DNA from: a virus
Virus record (IMG/VR): IMGVR_UViG_3300045988_101308
Span: 60,792 to 124,791 of that record
Length of the DNA stretch: 64,000 bases
Direction: 5' to 3' (one strand)
In this document: piece by piece, positions 1-8,368 of the stretch
Layout: the number at the start of each line of letters is the position of its first letter
Numbering within the stretch: position 1 is the stretch's first letter
Program-made: the position numbers and the translations under genes
The notes under the pieces: model-generated
The model's database searches: none
Told to the model about the DNA's origin: nothing
Seen by the model: only the letters and a program-made list of their open reading frames with translations

Positions 1-657
1 GAATTTAGACCAGCTATATGCTCGATTCTTCTTAATGTGAAGAAGGACTATATTGACATTGTTTCTACTGATATGTTCCGTCTGTTTATAGACAGGAAAG
101 AGTATGCTAATGCAGTAGAAGAAAGGTCGATTATGCTAAGTGAGGTCGCGGCTTCCATCTTATATCGCTTTCTATCTGATAAAGATACGGAGATCAGTAT
201 TTCCACAGATGGTGTTAGGACGTTCTTATGCTTTGATAATGTGATTATATCGGATATGAACGTAGAACAACAGTATCCTAACTACGAATACGTATGTAAC
301 AAATTCGAAAAATCTTCAAGGGTTAAGTTCGACAGGGATTTGCTTATATCGGTTCTTAATTCCATGACTTTAGTGGATAATGTTGTCAATGTTAAGGTAG
401 ATAAAGAAAACGGCATAACGGTAATGTCTGAGGATTTTGGAAATAGAAAAAAGATAATGGAATCAATGCCTTTTAATGCGCTTGAGGGCCCGTGTTTTAA
501 TTTTTCTATCGGTAAGGAAAATATACTGTCTTCCGTAAAATCACTTATAAAAGGAGATACTGTCATGGATTGGTCTGATCAGTATAAGATGATAAAGATG
601 TTCAATCCTAAATACGAATCAACATACGTCTTAAATCAAACATTGTATAATCTATAA
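1..657 (+). CDS. hypothetical protein, 5'-partial (frame open from nt 1; first Met at 37); weak resemblance to a sliding-clamp C-terminal domain
   Basis: Reading frame is open from the window edge. C-terminal region alternates beta-like segments (FNFSIGKENILSSVKSLIKGDTV) loosely reminiscent of clamp domains. No diagnostic motif. Confidence 0.3.
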   Translation, partial: EFRPAICSILLNVKKDYIDIVSTDMFRLFIDRKEYANAVEERSIMLSEVAASILYRFLSDKDTEISISTDGVRTFLCFDNVIISDMNVEQQYPNYEYVCNKFEKSSRVKFDRDLLISVLNSMTLVDNVVNVKVDKENGITVMSEDFGNRKKIMESMPFNALEGPCFNFSIGKENILSSVKSLIKGDTVMDWSDQYKMIKMFNPKYESTYVLNQTLYNL

Positions 658-670
658 AAAAAATAATAAT

Positions 671-1618
671 ATGGCTTTTAGAGAAAACAGAAGTTTTGGT
701 ACAACTTATTATTTGTATATTAATTCAGATGGTAACTTGTATGAAAAAAGTAACGAACCAAAAGAAGGTTTTGTTCAGCACATAAATCCTAATAGCGGTC
801 AGCCGGCAGGATATTGGAAAGAGTATTATAATGGAGTAGTTGGGTACATCAACTACATTGGATTAAAGTCGAGTACTTTCTCTAATGGAAATACTGTTAC
901 TAATTTCCTTATCGTATTAAAAGATTACGAGCTTAATGAAAACTATTGTATTTCCATACCTCTCGTCAATCAAAAAGGAAATATCAAGGGCTTTGTTAAG
1001 AGCTTCGTAAAATACTACGAAAATATCGATTTCAGTCGTGAAATTTATTTCAATATCTTTAAGAAGAAGAAAGATGACGAGTTTGGATCTTCGGAACTTA
1101 TTATTGCATATGCCGGAGTAGACGGAGAACAAGATCAGCTTGTTGAACGTTTTTATAAAAAAGGCGTAAATGGTTGGCCTGACCCTGTTGAAGTTACAGG
1201 ATTTGATGGCAAGAAAAGCCTCGATTATTCAGCTCAAAACAACTTTACTTATCAGAAGATTACTGAATATTCAAACAGGTTCAATGCTTCTATTAAAGAC
1301 ATCAGAGCCGGTATAATGGCTAAATTAGGTTTAGGAGGAAATACTCAGCAAGAGCCTACAGCTCCTCAGACTTATACCCAGCAGCCGGCCGAGCCTCAAC
1401 AGGTTCAACAACCTCAGTCTGTTCCGAGTGCTATTCCGTATCAAAATTACCAACAGCCTGCTCAACAGCCAGCACAGTATCAGGCACCGGCTCAGCCTGC
1501 TGCACCTGCCCAGGCGCCTACTACAAGGAGCACCAAGCCTCAGCATCAGACGCAGCCACAGCCGCAAGCACAGATGCCGAACTTCCCTCCTATGGAAGAA
1601 GAAGACCTTCCATTTTAA
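671..1618 (+). CDS. putative single-stranded DNA-binding protein (Gln/Pro-rich linker and acidic C-terminal tip ...MEEEDLPF)
   Basis: C-terminal about 90 aa are low-complexity Q/P/A-rich and end in an acidic tail ...EEEDLPF, the hallmark SSB protein-interaction tip (compare E. coli SSB ...DDDIPF). The N-terminal 220 aa are not a recognisable canonical OB fold from sequence alone. Confidence 0.5.
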   Translation: MAFRENRSFGTTYYLYINSDGNLYEKSNEPKEGFVQHINPNSGQPAGYWKEYYNGVVGYINYIGLKSSTFSNGNTVTNFLIVLKDYELNENYCISIPLVNQKGNIKGFVKSFVKYYENIDFSREIYFNIFKKKKDDEFGSSELIIAYAGVDGEQDQLVERFYKKGVNGWPDPVEVTGFDGKKSLDYSAQNNFTYQKITEYSNRFNASIKDIRAGIMAKLGLGGNTQQEPTAPQTYTQQPAEPQQVQQPQSVPSAIPYQNYQQPAQQPAQYQAPAQPAAPAQAPTTRSTKPQHQTQPQPQAQMPNFPPMEEEDLPF

Positions 1619-1629
1619 TATAAACATCA

Positions 1630-1660
1630 GCCCAGGAGAATAACATCTCTTGGGCTTTTA
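1630..1660 (+). terminator. rho-independent terminator after the SSB-like gene
   Basis: Stem GCCCAGGA / TCTTGGGC (8 bp, one G-U pair) with an 8-nt loop, followed by TTTT. Confidence 0.6.
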
Positions 1661-1924
1661 AAGATTGTGTAGAATGATAGTAGAAATAGTAACAAGATTT
1701 CCCCTTATTAAACTTCGTAGGAAAGTGACAGAAGAAAGGATTATGGCGAAGCATGGGGATAAATTATGTATGATCTACTCAGAAACCAGAGAAAAATATA
1801 AGCAAGGAGATGAGTGGGTCGATGATCCTAATGATGCAGACATAAGTACTTTTCGTGAGTGCTATGAATCAACGAAGGATATAAAAAAAGAAGGTATTGT
1901 TTATTGTACTATAAAAATATAATT

Positions 1925-2575
1925 ATGGACAAGTTGGAAGATATTGAAAGACTTCTTTCTGAAAAAGAAGATAGCAAGAAGGATACTGTTTCTGAAAAGA
2001 ACAACAAACATAAAAAAGAAGATAAGGTTGTTAATAAAATACCTGAATCTTATTTGACTCCAGGTTATCAGAAGACTGTGCAGGTAGGTATTAAGAAACT
2101 TTATCCTGATGTAGTGGTACCTGAATACAAACATGATGGAGATGCATGTTGTGATATTCGTGCATATAGAGTGGTGAAGATGGTGAATGACATGGGAGTG
2201 GAAATAGATGTTCCTTCCGATTTTGAATCAATTACCTTATATCAAGGTTATTCTGTTAGAATCGGAACCGGCTTCAAGTTGAATATCCCAGAAGGATGGT
2301 GTGCGAATGTAGAAGGAAGATCAGGATTCTCTTTTGACGAGGGAGTGGTAGTTACTAACGCACCCGGTAAATGCGAATTTACCTACAAAGGAGAGTATAT
2401 GGTTAATCTTACTAAAATCAATAAAAAACCGACCGTAATCCATAAAAACGATCGAATAGCTCAGATGGAAATCGTTCCACAATACAAAATGGTATTGGAA
2501 GAGGTGACAGATATTGAGGTAGAAGACGGAAATGAACGTGGAGAAAAAGGTCTTGGTAGTTCTGGAGTTAAGTAA
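1925..2575 (+). CDS. dut: dUTP diphosphatase (trimeric dUTPase) with a Lys-rich N-terminal extension
   Basis: dUTPase motifs: CCDIRA (motif 1-like), EGRSGFS (motif 3, RSG), GVVVTNAPG, and NDRIAQMEIVP (motif 5-like). Start placed at the second Met (1925) because the upstream ORF stops at 1922. Confidence 0.8.
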   Translation: MDKLEDIERLLSEKEDSKKDTVSEKNNKHKKEDKVVNKIPESYLTPGYQKTVQVGIKKLYPDVVVPEYKHDGDACCDIRAYRVVKMVNDMGVEIDVPSDFESITLYQGYSVRIGTGFKLNIPEGWCANVEGRSGFSFDEGVVVTNAPGKCEFTYKGEYMVNLTKINKKPTVIHKNDRIAQMEIVPQYKMVLEEVTDIEVEDGNERGEKGLGSSGVK

Positions 2576-2587
2576 TGTTTAAATATT

Positions 2588-3328
2588 TTGAAAATGAGCA
2601 TGTTAGGTTTTACATTCATCACAGACAGCAAGCTGTCAATGTACAGGGAGAAAGCTATTAAATCCGAAAATCTTGCAAAAGAAATTGAGGAAATGCAGGA
2701 TAAGGCTGATTTTTACAAGGAAAGGCTTTCAGAACTTAAGTCAGATATAGCTTCAAAGGATAAAGAGATTTTATCTATTGGCAAAGATCTTTCTGAGTCT
2801 AAGGAAAAGATTGACGCCTTGAAGGAAAATCAGAAAAAGCTGATAAAAAGCGTCAAGAAGAAAACGGAAGAACTTGATGCGGCCAAGGCTGATCTTGACA
2901 AAGCTAAGTCCGATCTTGATGAGGCTAATTACAAAATCAGCAACTTGGAAGAAAAGAAAAACAGTATCTCATCTGAATTAAAAAAGAAATCAAATGCATT
3001 GATTGAAGCCAGGATCAGAATCGGAGATTTGGAAAACGAGGTTTCGGTTGGGTCCAAAACAATACAAGAGTTAGAATCGAAGCTGAAATTAATGCAAGTA
3101 GAATTAAGAGGATACCAAATAGGTATAATCGGTAAAGACAAAAACGATTCCGCTGAGCCGGAATTGGATAAAGATGAGGAGTCAGATAAGGATGTGGCAG
3201 AACCAGAGAAGTCTGATGTTGTTCCTGAGACGGATGTGATTCAGGAAGAAGCCGGTGATATTGTGGAGCCCGAAAACGAAGCTGAACGAGTAAAAGACAC
3301 TAAAAAGAAGAAGAAAAAAAAGAAGTAG
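2588..3328 (+). CDS. coiled-coil protein with poly-Lys C-terminus
   Basis: Heptad-like, E/K/L-rich sequence throughout; C-terminus KKKKKKKK. No enzymatic motif. Confidence 0.5.
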   Translation: MKMSMLGFTFITDSKLSMYREKAIKSENLAKEIEEMQDKADFYKERLSELKSDIASKDKEILSIGKDLSESKEKIDALKENQKKLIKSVKKKTEELDAAKADLDKAKSDLDEANYKISNLEEKKNSISSELKKKSNALIEARIRIGDLENEVSVGSKTIQELESKLKLMQVELRGYQIGIIGKDKNDSAEPELDKDEESDKDVAEPEKSDVVPETDVIQEEAGDIVEPENEAERVKDTKKKKKKKK

Positions 3329-3356
3329 GTATTTTAATCCTTTTTATATTTTAATG

Positions 3357-3388
3357 TTTGCCATATTATGGGTTAGTACTTAACTTTG
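3357..3388 (+). promoter_or_regulatory. Bacteroidetes-type promoter (TTTG -33 element at 3357-3360, TAACTTTG -7 element at 3381-3388) ahead of the tRNA cluster
   Basis: TTTG, a 20-bp spacer, then TAnnTTTG; matches the Bacteroides sigma-ABfr consensus. About 85 bp upstream of the first tRNA. Confidence 0.45.
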
Positions 3389-3436
3389 CGTTGAGAGAGT
3401 TTTTAGGATAATTATTAGTTAATATTTAGCTGTTAT

Positions 3437-3470
3437 ATGCAGGCGTCTGTGAAGGCTCCTGCATATTTTT
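3437..3470 (+). terminator. hairpin plus T-run (terminator or attenuator) just upstream of the tRNA cluster
   Basis: Stem ATGCAGG / CCTGCAT, 14-nt loop, then TTTTT. Confidence 0.45.
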
Positions 3471-3472
3471 AA

Positions 3473-3545
3473 GGTCCTGTAGCTTAGTGGTGAAAGCAAG
3501 ATGCTCATAACATCGAGATCGTGGGTTCAAATCCCTCCGGGACCA
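3473..3545 (+). tRNA. tRNA-Met (anticodon CAT; could be Ile2-lysidine)
   Basis: Cloverleaf: acceptor GGTCCTG / CGGGACC; D arm GCTT-AGTGGTGA-AAGC; anticodon loop CTCATAA; T loop GGGTTCAAATCCC. No encoded CCA. Confidence 0.8.
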
Positions 3546-3546
3546 C

Positions 3547-3617
3547 TGTCCAATGGTGTAGTGGTAGCACAACAGATTTTGGTTCTGTTAGCGGAAGTTC
3601 GATCCTTCCTTGGATAA
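3547..3617 (+). tRNA. tRNA-Gln (anticodon TTG)
   Basis: Acceptor TGTCCAA / TTGGATA; anticodon stem ACAGA / TCTGT with loop TTTTGGT; T arm GGAAG-TTCGATC-CTTCC. Starts 1 nt after tRNA-Met. No encoded CCA. Confidence 0.75.
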
Positions 3618-3686
3618 CGATTAAGTTTTTGTGGAAATGTTAATTATCTCAGTGTTTGCGGTGTGTGAACATAGCAAACATTAAAT

Positions 3687-3758
3687 GGCCCATTAGTTTA
3701 ATGGATAAAACCTTTGAGTCCTAATCAAAAGTTGCCTGTTCGATTCAGGCATGGGCTA
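3687..3758 (+). tRNA. tRNA-Arg (anticodon CCT)
   Basis: Acceptor GGCCCAT / ATGGGCT; D stem GTTT / AAAC; anticodon stem TTTGA / TCAAA with loop GTCCTAA; T arm GCCTG-TTCGATT-CAGGC. Confidence 0.8.
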
Positions 3759-3761
3759 CAT

Positions 3762-3833
3762 GGCTTGTTGGATGAGTGGTTTAGTCAGGGGTCCGCAAAA
3801 CCTCGTATGGCGGTTCGATTCCGCCACAAGCCT
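3762..3833 (+). tRNA. tRNA-Cys-like (anticodon GCA) with a non-canonical C33 and a 3-bp D stem
   Basis: Perfect acceptor GGCTTGT / ACAAGCC and T arm GGCGG-TTCGATT-CCGCC. Anticodon stem GGGGT / ACCTC with loop CCGCAAA. Position 33 is C, not the near-universal U, so decoding identity is uncertain. Confidence 0.55.
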
Positions 3834-3850
3834 CTAAAAAAAGTAAGACA

Positions 3851-4543
3851 ATGAACTACCCAGAGCAACAAATGCTTAAGATCCTTAATAGGGATCTGTT
3901 AAGTAATCCGATGTATGTTATTAACAATCTCCATATATATGATTGGGAATCTGACTTCCTGGCCATAACAAGATCATTGTACGCTTATGAAGTAGAGGTC
4001 AAGATGTCTAAACAAGATTTCTTTAACGACTTCAAAAAGGATAAAAAACATAAGGTTCTTAAAGACGGCATTATTAAGGTAGGTGGTGTCATAAGCTATC
4101 CTCCAAACTATTTCTACTACGCCTGTCCGCCTAATATGATTGACGTAAGTGAAGTCCCTTCTTATGCCGGGCTGATTTATGTCGATGTTAGTAAAAATAG
4201 GAAGAACGTCGTTAAGGTAGCACCTTTAATTCATAGACAGAAGTTTGATGTAGTGGGTAGGAAACTGGTGGATAAGTTTTACTACAATATGCTTACTTGG
4301 AAGAAAAGAGCTATTTCAAACGTGTATGCTGACCCAGCCAAGGAAAGAGAGAAAGGCGTGCGTGCCGGAGCTGAGGCTGTGAGGAAGTCGGCCTGGGATG
4401 CGTTCAGGGCGCAGTGCCCGCACATTGCTTTCCCCTATGGAAAAGAATTTCCGATGTGTGACGATCACGAACAAGATCATCCCATGAGAGACTGCATACT
4501 TCAGTGTGAAAAAGGTAGAATATTTAAAAACAAATTAAAATGA
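3851..4543 (+). CDS. PD-(D/E)xK-type nuclease-like protein with a C-terminal Cys/His cluster
   Basis: IYDWESD ... YAYEVEVKMS fits the D...(E)xK catalytic arrangement. C-terminus CPHIAFPYGKEFPMCDDHEQDHPMRDCILQC looks metal-binding. Confidence 0.45.
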   Translation: MNYPEQQMLKILNRDLLSNPMYVINNLHIYDWESDFLAITRSLYAYEVEVKMSKQDFFNDFKKDKKHKVLKDGIIKVGGVISYPPNYFYYACPPNMIDVSEVPSYAGLIYVDVSKNRKNVVKVAPLIHRQKFDVVGRKLVDKFYYNMLTWKKRAISNVYADPAKEREKGVRAGAEAVRKSAWDAFRAQCPHIAFPYGKEFPMCDDHEQDHPMRDCILQCEKGRIFKNKLK

Positions 4544-4809
4544 GCACCCCACGTGAATTAAGCAGGATAGCTAATAGGATAGCCGGTAAGATGACTGATG
4601 ATGGATGGGTCAGCCCCGGTAGGAAGAATCTTGTCTCCGATAAGAAGGTTATGGAATTAATAGATTTGATCTTTAATGAAATATGGAGGGAATTAGATGA
4701 CGGGAAAAGAGTCCATATCAGAAAACAGATGATTTTAAAAAAGATTTTTGTCAGTAGGCAAAAAGATAAATACTACATACAATGCATAGAAAAAAGGGGC
4801 GCCAAATAG
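4540..4809 (+). CDS. hypothetical protein (89 aa)
   Basis: 4-nt overlap with the upstream gene (translational coupling); no motif. Confidence 0.4.
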   Translation: MSTPRELSRIANRIAGKMTDDGWVSPGRKNLVSDKKVMELIDLIFNEIWRELDDGKRVHIRKQMILKKIFVSRQKDKYYIQCIEKRGAK

Positions 4810-4839
4810 ACGCACCTTTTCTTTTTCTGTAAGTAATTG

Positions 4840-5496
4840 TTATTTCATTACTTTCCTTACCAACTTAGAAACAGCTTGCGTGATAGTCCACCTGATGTTT
4901 GCATTAACATTGATAGTCTGAGGAGTACCGTTTGCATCCAAGTTAATTACCTCCTTGTCTATCTCCAAGAACGGATCACCTGCTGTCTGGGTAATAACCG
5001 TATTAGCTGTCTGACCACCAGCGGCCGTCACCTTAAGAGTATTTACCAGATCGTTTATATTAGTGTTCGCTGCAATACCGGAGAATACGATACTGAAAGC
5101 AAAGCCCCCTGTTGCACCAGGGTCGTCGGCAATAACAGCGCCGTTGTTGGTAGCCTTGCCTGCTGCTTGATAGGAGGCTGGTATTTCCAGCGCCAGAGGA
5201 TGAGACTCGTCTGGAGTTAAGGAGAACGTTAATTTAGTTGAGTTACTTGTACCGTTGATCGTTACAGTACCACCTCCTTTTCCTACTGATGCAGTAGGAT
5301 CTATTTTTACAAACTCAGCTACCGCAGATTGGTTTATGGTAGCACTTTTCTTAACACCACCGGATTCGGCACCAAATTCTACTTGTAACGTACGCTGTAC
5401 ACGACCTTCGTATTTTTCACCTGATACGGTAACCGCCTGATCACCATCACCTGATCCCGGATTGAAGGTTACAAAACCTATTTTCATTTCTGCCAT
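4840..5496 (-). CDS. hypothetical Gly/Thr/Ala/Asn-rich beta-rich protein (possible Ig-like or structural/decoration protein); lone minus-strand gene inside the plus-strand block
   Basis: Minus-strand ORF converging on 4540..4809. Markedly higher GC than the flanks. Its own Bacteroidetes -7 motif lies at 5528-5535 (minus strand). Composition resembles beta-sandwich or surface proteins. Confidence 0.5.
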   Translation of the reverse strand: MAEMKIGFVTFNPGSGDGDQAVTVSGEKYEGRVQRTLQVEFGAESGGVKKSATINQSAVAEFVKIDPTASVGKGGGTVTINGTSNSTKLTFSLTPDESHPLALEIPASYQAAGKATNNGAVIADDPGATGGFAFSIVFSGIAANTNINDLVNTLKVTAAGGQTANTVITQTAGDPFLEIDKEVINLDANGTPQTINVNANIRWTITQAVSKLVRKVMK

Positions 5497-5527
5497 GACA
5501 TTTATTTTTAATTGATTAAGATACCGA

Positions 5528-5535
5528 CAAATATA
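5528..5535 (-). promoter_or_regulatory. Bacteroidetes -7 promoter element (TATATTTG on the minus strand) for 4840..5496
   Basis: Plus strand reads CAAATATA, which is TAnnTTTG on the minus strand, about 32 nt upstream of the minus-strand ATG at 5496. Confidence 0.4.
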
Positions 5536-5646
5536 TGATTATTTTTATTCTCTTACGTCATTGATTTATTTTTATTAAATACGTAGTGCTATGGTTTTTT
5601 TATCATATTTTAATCCTATTTATTTCTTCGCTGATTATTTATTATG

Positions 5647-5654
5647 TATGTTTG
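5647..5654 (+). promoter_or_regulatory. Bacteroidetes -7 promoter element (TATGTTTG) for the operon 5681-8277
   Basis: TAnnTTTG match 27 nt upstream of the ATG at 5681, in a divergent AT-rich intergenic region. Confidence 0.45.
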
Positions 5655-5680
5655 CAACATCAATATAAAATATTATAACC

Positions 5681-6094
5681 ATGAAAGTGGATTTTTTTAA
5701 CAGTAAGGATTTTTTAGGATCTAAAACTAAAGAAAGCAAGATCCGGAAGTTGTCAATCAGCAAAAGTAAGATAATGACTATCTCTGTCTATAATTTGAAT
5801 TGGATGGGGGTAACGGATGCGGTTGTTATCGGCTTAGAAGAAGGGAAGATATTTGAAGGAGTTGAAAATACGGTCTTTTATCTGGCTGCTTCTGATGTTG
5901 AAGACGAGAGATCGTTTAAGGTAAATAACCTTGGTGTAAAATACAAGAGGATTTACTTAAAAGACCTGCTCGATTATCTTGGATGGGATATAGGAGAAAA
6001 TTCTTATGCTGTGTATGATATTATAAAAGAAGACAGTAATCTATTCCGTCTTCAGCTTAGGGTGATAAAAAAGAGTAGGAGTGAAAAATTATGA
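5681..6094 (+). CDS. hypothetical protein (137 aa), first gene of the HAD/DHH operon
   Basis: Stop codon overlaps the start of the HAD gene (ATGA); no motif. Confidence 0.45.
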   Translation: MKVDFFNSKDFLGSKTKESKIRKLSISKSKIMTISVYNLNWMGVTDAVVIGLEEGKIFEGVENTVFYLAASDVEDERSFKVNNLGVKYKRIYLKDLLDYLGWDIGENSYAVYDIIKEDSNLFRLQLRVIKKSRSEKL

Positions 6095-6966
6095 ACGATG
6101 TAGATATTAAAAACAAAAGAATACTGCTATTCGATTTTGACGGGACGCTTATAGAAACCGCTTCTGGGAATACGTTCGCTACAGACTTGACAGATATGAG
6201 GATTAAGATGGATGTGGTGAATAAGGCTCTTGACCTCATGCAGGAGAACGGTGTTAAGGTATTTGCTATCGTAAGCAATCAAGGAGGAGTAGAAGCTGGG
6301 TTTGTTTCTGGAGCTGATATTGAAGCTAAGATAGAATACGTACTGAGGTCCGTACATGATCTGGCGGTAAAGAGAGGCATAAGAGGCGTCCTATATGAAA
6401 AAAGGTTGTGTTATTCAAATGACGAACAAAATCCGATGAGGAAGCCTAACACTGGCATGATTGATGATATTCTTATGAAGTGTAAAGACACGGTAATGCG
6501 TGGTATGAACTTTAGTCAACTTAAGGGATGTTCGTTGATGGTCGGGGACGCCAGTGGCCTACCAGGGCAGTTCTCTGATTCGGATAAGGTATGTGCTGAG
6601 AAGGCCGGCGTTGAATATATGGATGTTATCACGTTTGTTGGTAAAGACCTTGATTTGAATTATGTGTTGTCCAAAGAACATACAAGTGAAGGAATAGTTA
6701 TTCTAAACAACGATCATATATATATCCTTGAAAATCCATATGGGGTTGGTCTTAATATAAAAATCACTTTAAAAGATTTTTATAAGATTGAAACCGATGA
6801 TGGAAAAACTGCAACCGTAGATGATGTGCTGAATATAAGGATTGATAAAGATCAGAATTTCAATTCATATAGTGATGTTATAAAAATAGAAACATTAAAA
6901 GACGGTAGTATCAAATATACAAGCTTATATCATGAAAGTAAAGAAAACAGCGATAGTTTATCATAA
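6091..6966 (+). CDS. HAD-superfamily phosphatase (PNKP 3'-phosphatase-like or GmhB-like) with a C-terminal extension of about 100 aa
   Basis: HAD motif I LFDFDGTLIE (DxDGT), motif II VSNQGG (S/T), motif III K in RKPNTGM, motif IV MVGDASGLPGQFSDSD. Confidence 0.7.
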   Translation: MNDVDIKNKRILLFDFDGTLIETASGNTFATDLTDMRIKMDVVNKALDLMQENGVKVFAIVSNQGGVEAGFVSGADIEAKIEYVLRSVHDLAVKRGIRGVLYEKRLCYSNDEQNPMRKPNTGMIDDILMKCKDTVMRGMNFSQLKGCSLMVGDASGLPGQFSDSDKVCAEKAGVEYMDVITFVGKDLDLNYVLSKEHTSEGIVILNNDHIYILENPYGVGLNIKITLKDFYKIETDDGKTATVDDVLNIRIDKDQNFNSYSDVIKIETLKDGSIKYTSLYHESKENSDSLS

Positions 6967-7888
6967 ATCGGATTTAGATGGCGTTGTGTCGGCAGCCATC
7001 GCAACTATGTATGAACACAGTAAAAACAAGGATGTTGTTTATATCCCGTATTCGTATGAAGATGATGTTAAGAAAGTTACCAGCAAGGTGCGTGACTTAG
7101 ATGCTGTTTATGTTCTTGACGTGTCTTTCGGAGCCGATTCTAAAACGGTTTTCAAAAAGTGGCTTGATGAAGGAAAGAGCCTGATGTGGATAGATCACCA
7201 TAAGGGAATTATTGAGGACAGTAAGACATGGGGGTTCGTAGTTCCAGGGTTGAGGAGAGTCGGCGTCGGTGCGTGCGCTCTGGCTTCGGACCTGCTTATG
7301 GGGAAGGTGCCGGCGATCGTCCGGTGCCTGTCAGACTACGATGTGTGGAATAAAGAATCTGAATTAGGTTGGGATACGGTAGTAGCTATCCAGTATGCCT
7401 TGAGATCAAAAATAAGACTCAATGTATTAATAGCATTGTCGTATTTGTATGACCATTTTAAAGAAGATATGAAGGACAATGAAATTGATCTTATTTTTTA
7501 TGATCTCGCTAAAGAAGGACGTGCTATAATTAATTACATGGCTGGTAAAAACGAACAAGAGGTAAGTGCGTATTCGTTTGAAGCTTACGTCGATGAGGTG
7601 AAGGTAGTGGCGATGAATACCACGGAATTTAGTTCTAAAGTATTTGATTCTCTTACACGAGACTGGTTAGACGGTAGAAAAATTAAAGCCCTTATGCCAT
7701 TTTGTATCATGCCAGGTGGTAAGGTTAGGTTCTCTCTTTATGAATGCGTGGAAGACAGCGCGGATTGCTGTGAAGTAAGTAAGAGATTCGGTGGTGGAGG
7801 ACATGCTGGTGCTGCTGGGTTTGTGCTTGATGTCACGGATATCAGATTCAGGGAATTTATAGAAAAACATAAACTTATATCACAATGA
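6932..7888 (+). CDS. DHH/DHHA1 phosphoesterase (NrnA-like nanoRNase, or pAp/c-di-NMP phosphodiesterase family)
   Basis: DHH motifs HKSDLDG (I), VLDVSFG (II), WIDHHKG (III, DHH); DHHA1 motif FGGGGHAGAAGF near the C-terminus. Confidence 0.75.
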   Translation: MKVKKTAIVYHKSDLDGVVSAAIATMYEHSKNKDVVYIPYSYEDDVKKVTSKVRDLDAVYVLDVSFGADSKTVFKKWLDEGKSLMWIDHHKGIIEDSKTWGFVVPGLRRVGVGACALASDLLMGKVPAIVRCLSDYDVWNKESELGWDTVVAIQYALRSKIRLNVLIALSYLYDHFKEDMKDNEIDLIFYDLAKEGRAIINYMAGKNEQEVSAYSFEAYVDEVKVVAMNTTEFSSKVFDSLTRDWLDGRKIKALMPFCIMPGGKVRFSLYECVEDSADCCEVSKRFGGGGHAGAAGFVLDVTDIRFREFIEKHKLISQ

Positions 7889-8277
7889 AGTGCGAACTGT
7901 ATCAATTTTCCCCACAAGTCTATCCCTTTAATCTGTGGATATATGTAGGTAAAGATGTTTCTGGTATGGTAGAGTGTTTCAATAACGATTTTAGTTACAT
8001 AGATAATAGTATGGGCGCAACCATAACCGTACCGTATGGAGGATGCAAATTAGATCCTTGCACAGGATTCTTGATATGGTTTATTAATAAGAACGTTATT
8101 GATTTTAACACAGTCTCACACGAGGCAGCCCATGTGTCTCTCAATGCATTTGATTTCTTAGGAGAAAAAGTAATGCAATCAGAACCTTTCTGCTACCTCG
8201 TTGGATGGGTGGCAGGAAAGTGTGAAGAAGTAAAGAAAGGAAAAGTACGAGATAAATTAATATGGGAAAGTAAGTGA
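7885..8277 (+). CDS. small HExxH protein (putative Zn metallopeptidase-like, ImmA/DUF955-like)
   Basis: SHEAAHVSL contains HEAAH (HExxH). 130 aa. Overlaps the DHH gene stop by 4 nt. Confidence 0.4.
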   Translation: MKCELYQFSPQVYPFNLWIYVGKDVSGMVECFNNDFSYIDNSMGATITVPYGGCKLDPCTGFLIWFINKNVIDFNTVSHEAAHVSLNAFDFLGEKVMQSEPFCYLVGWVAGKCEEVKKGKVRDKLIWESK

Positions 8278-8311
8278 GGTAATTTTAAAATATTGTTGGT
8301 TGTAGTAAGTG

Positions 8312-8346
8312 GGGAGGTCCTAAATAGGCTTCCCTGCTTTTTTTTA
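8312..8346 (+). terminator. rho-independent terminator of the 5681-8277 operon
   Basis: Stem GGGAGG / CTTCCC, 11-nt loop, then TGCTTTTTTTT. Confidence 0.65.
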
Positions 8347-8368
8347 TGTGATGAGGAAGAAAGGTAAA

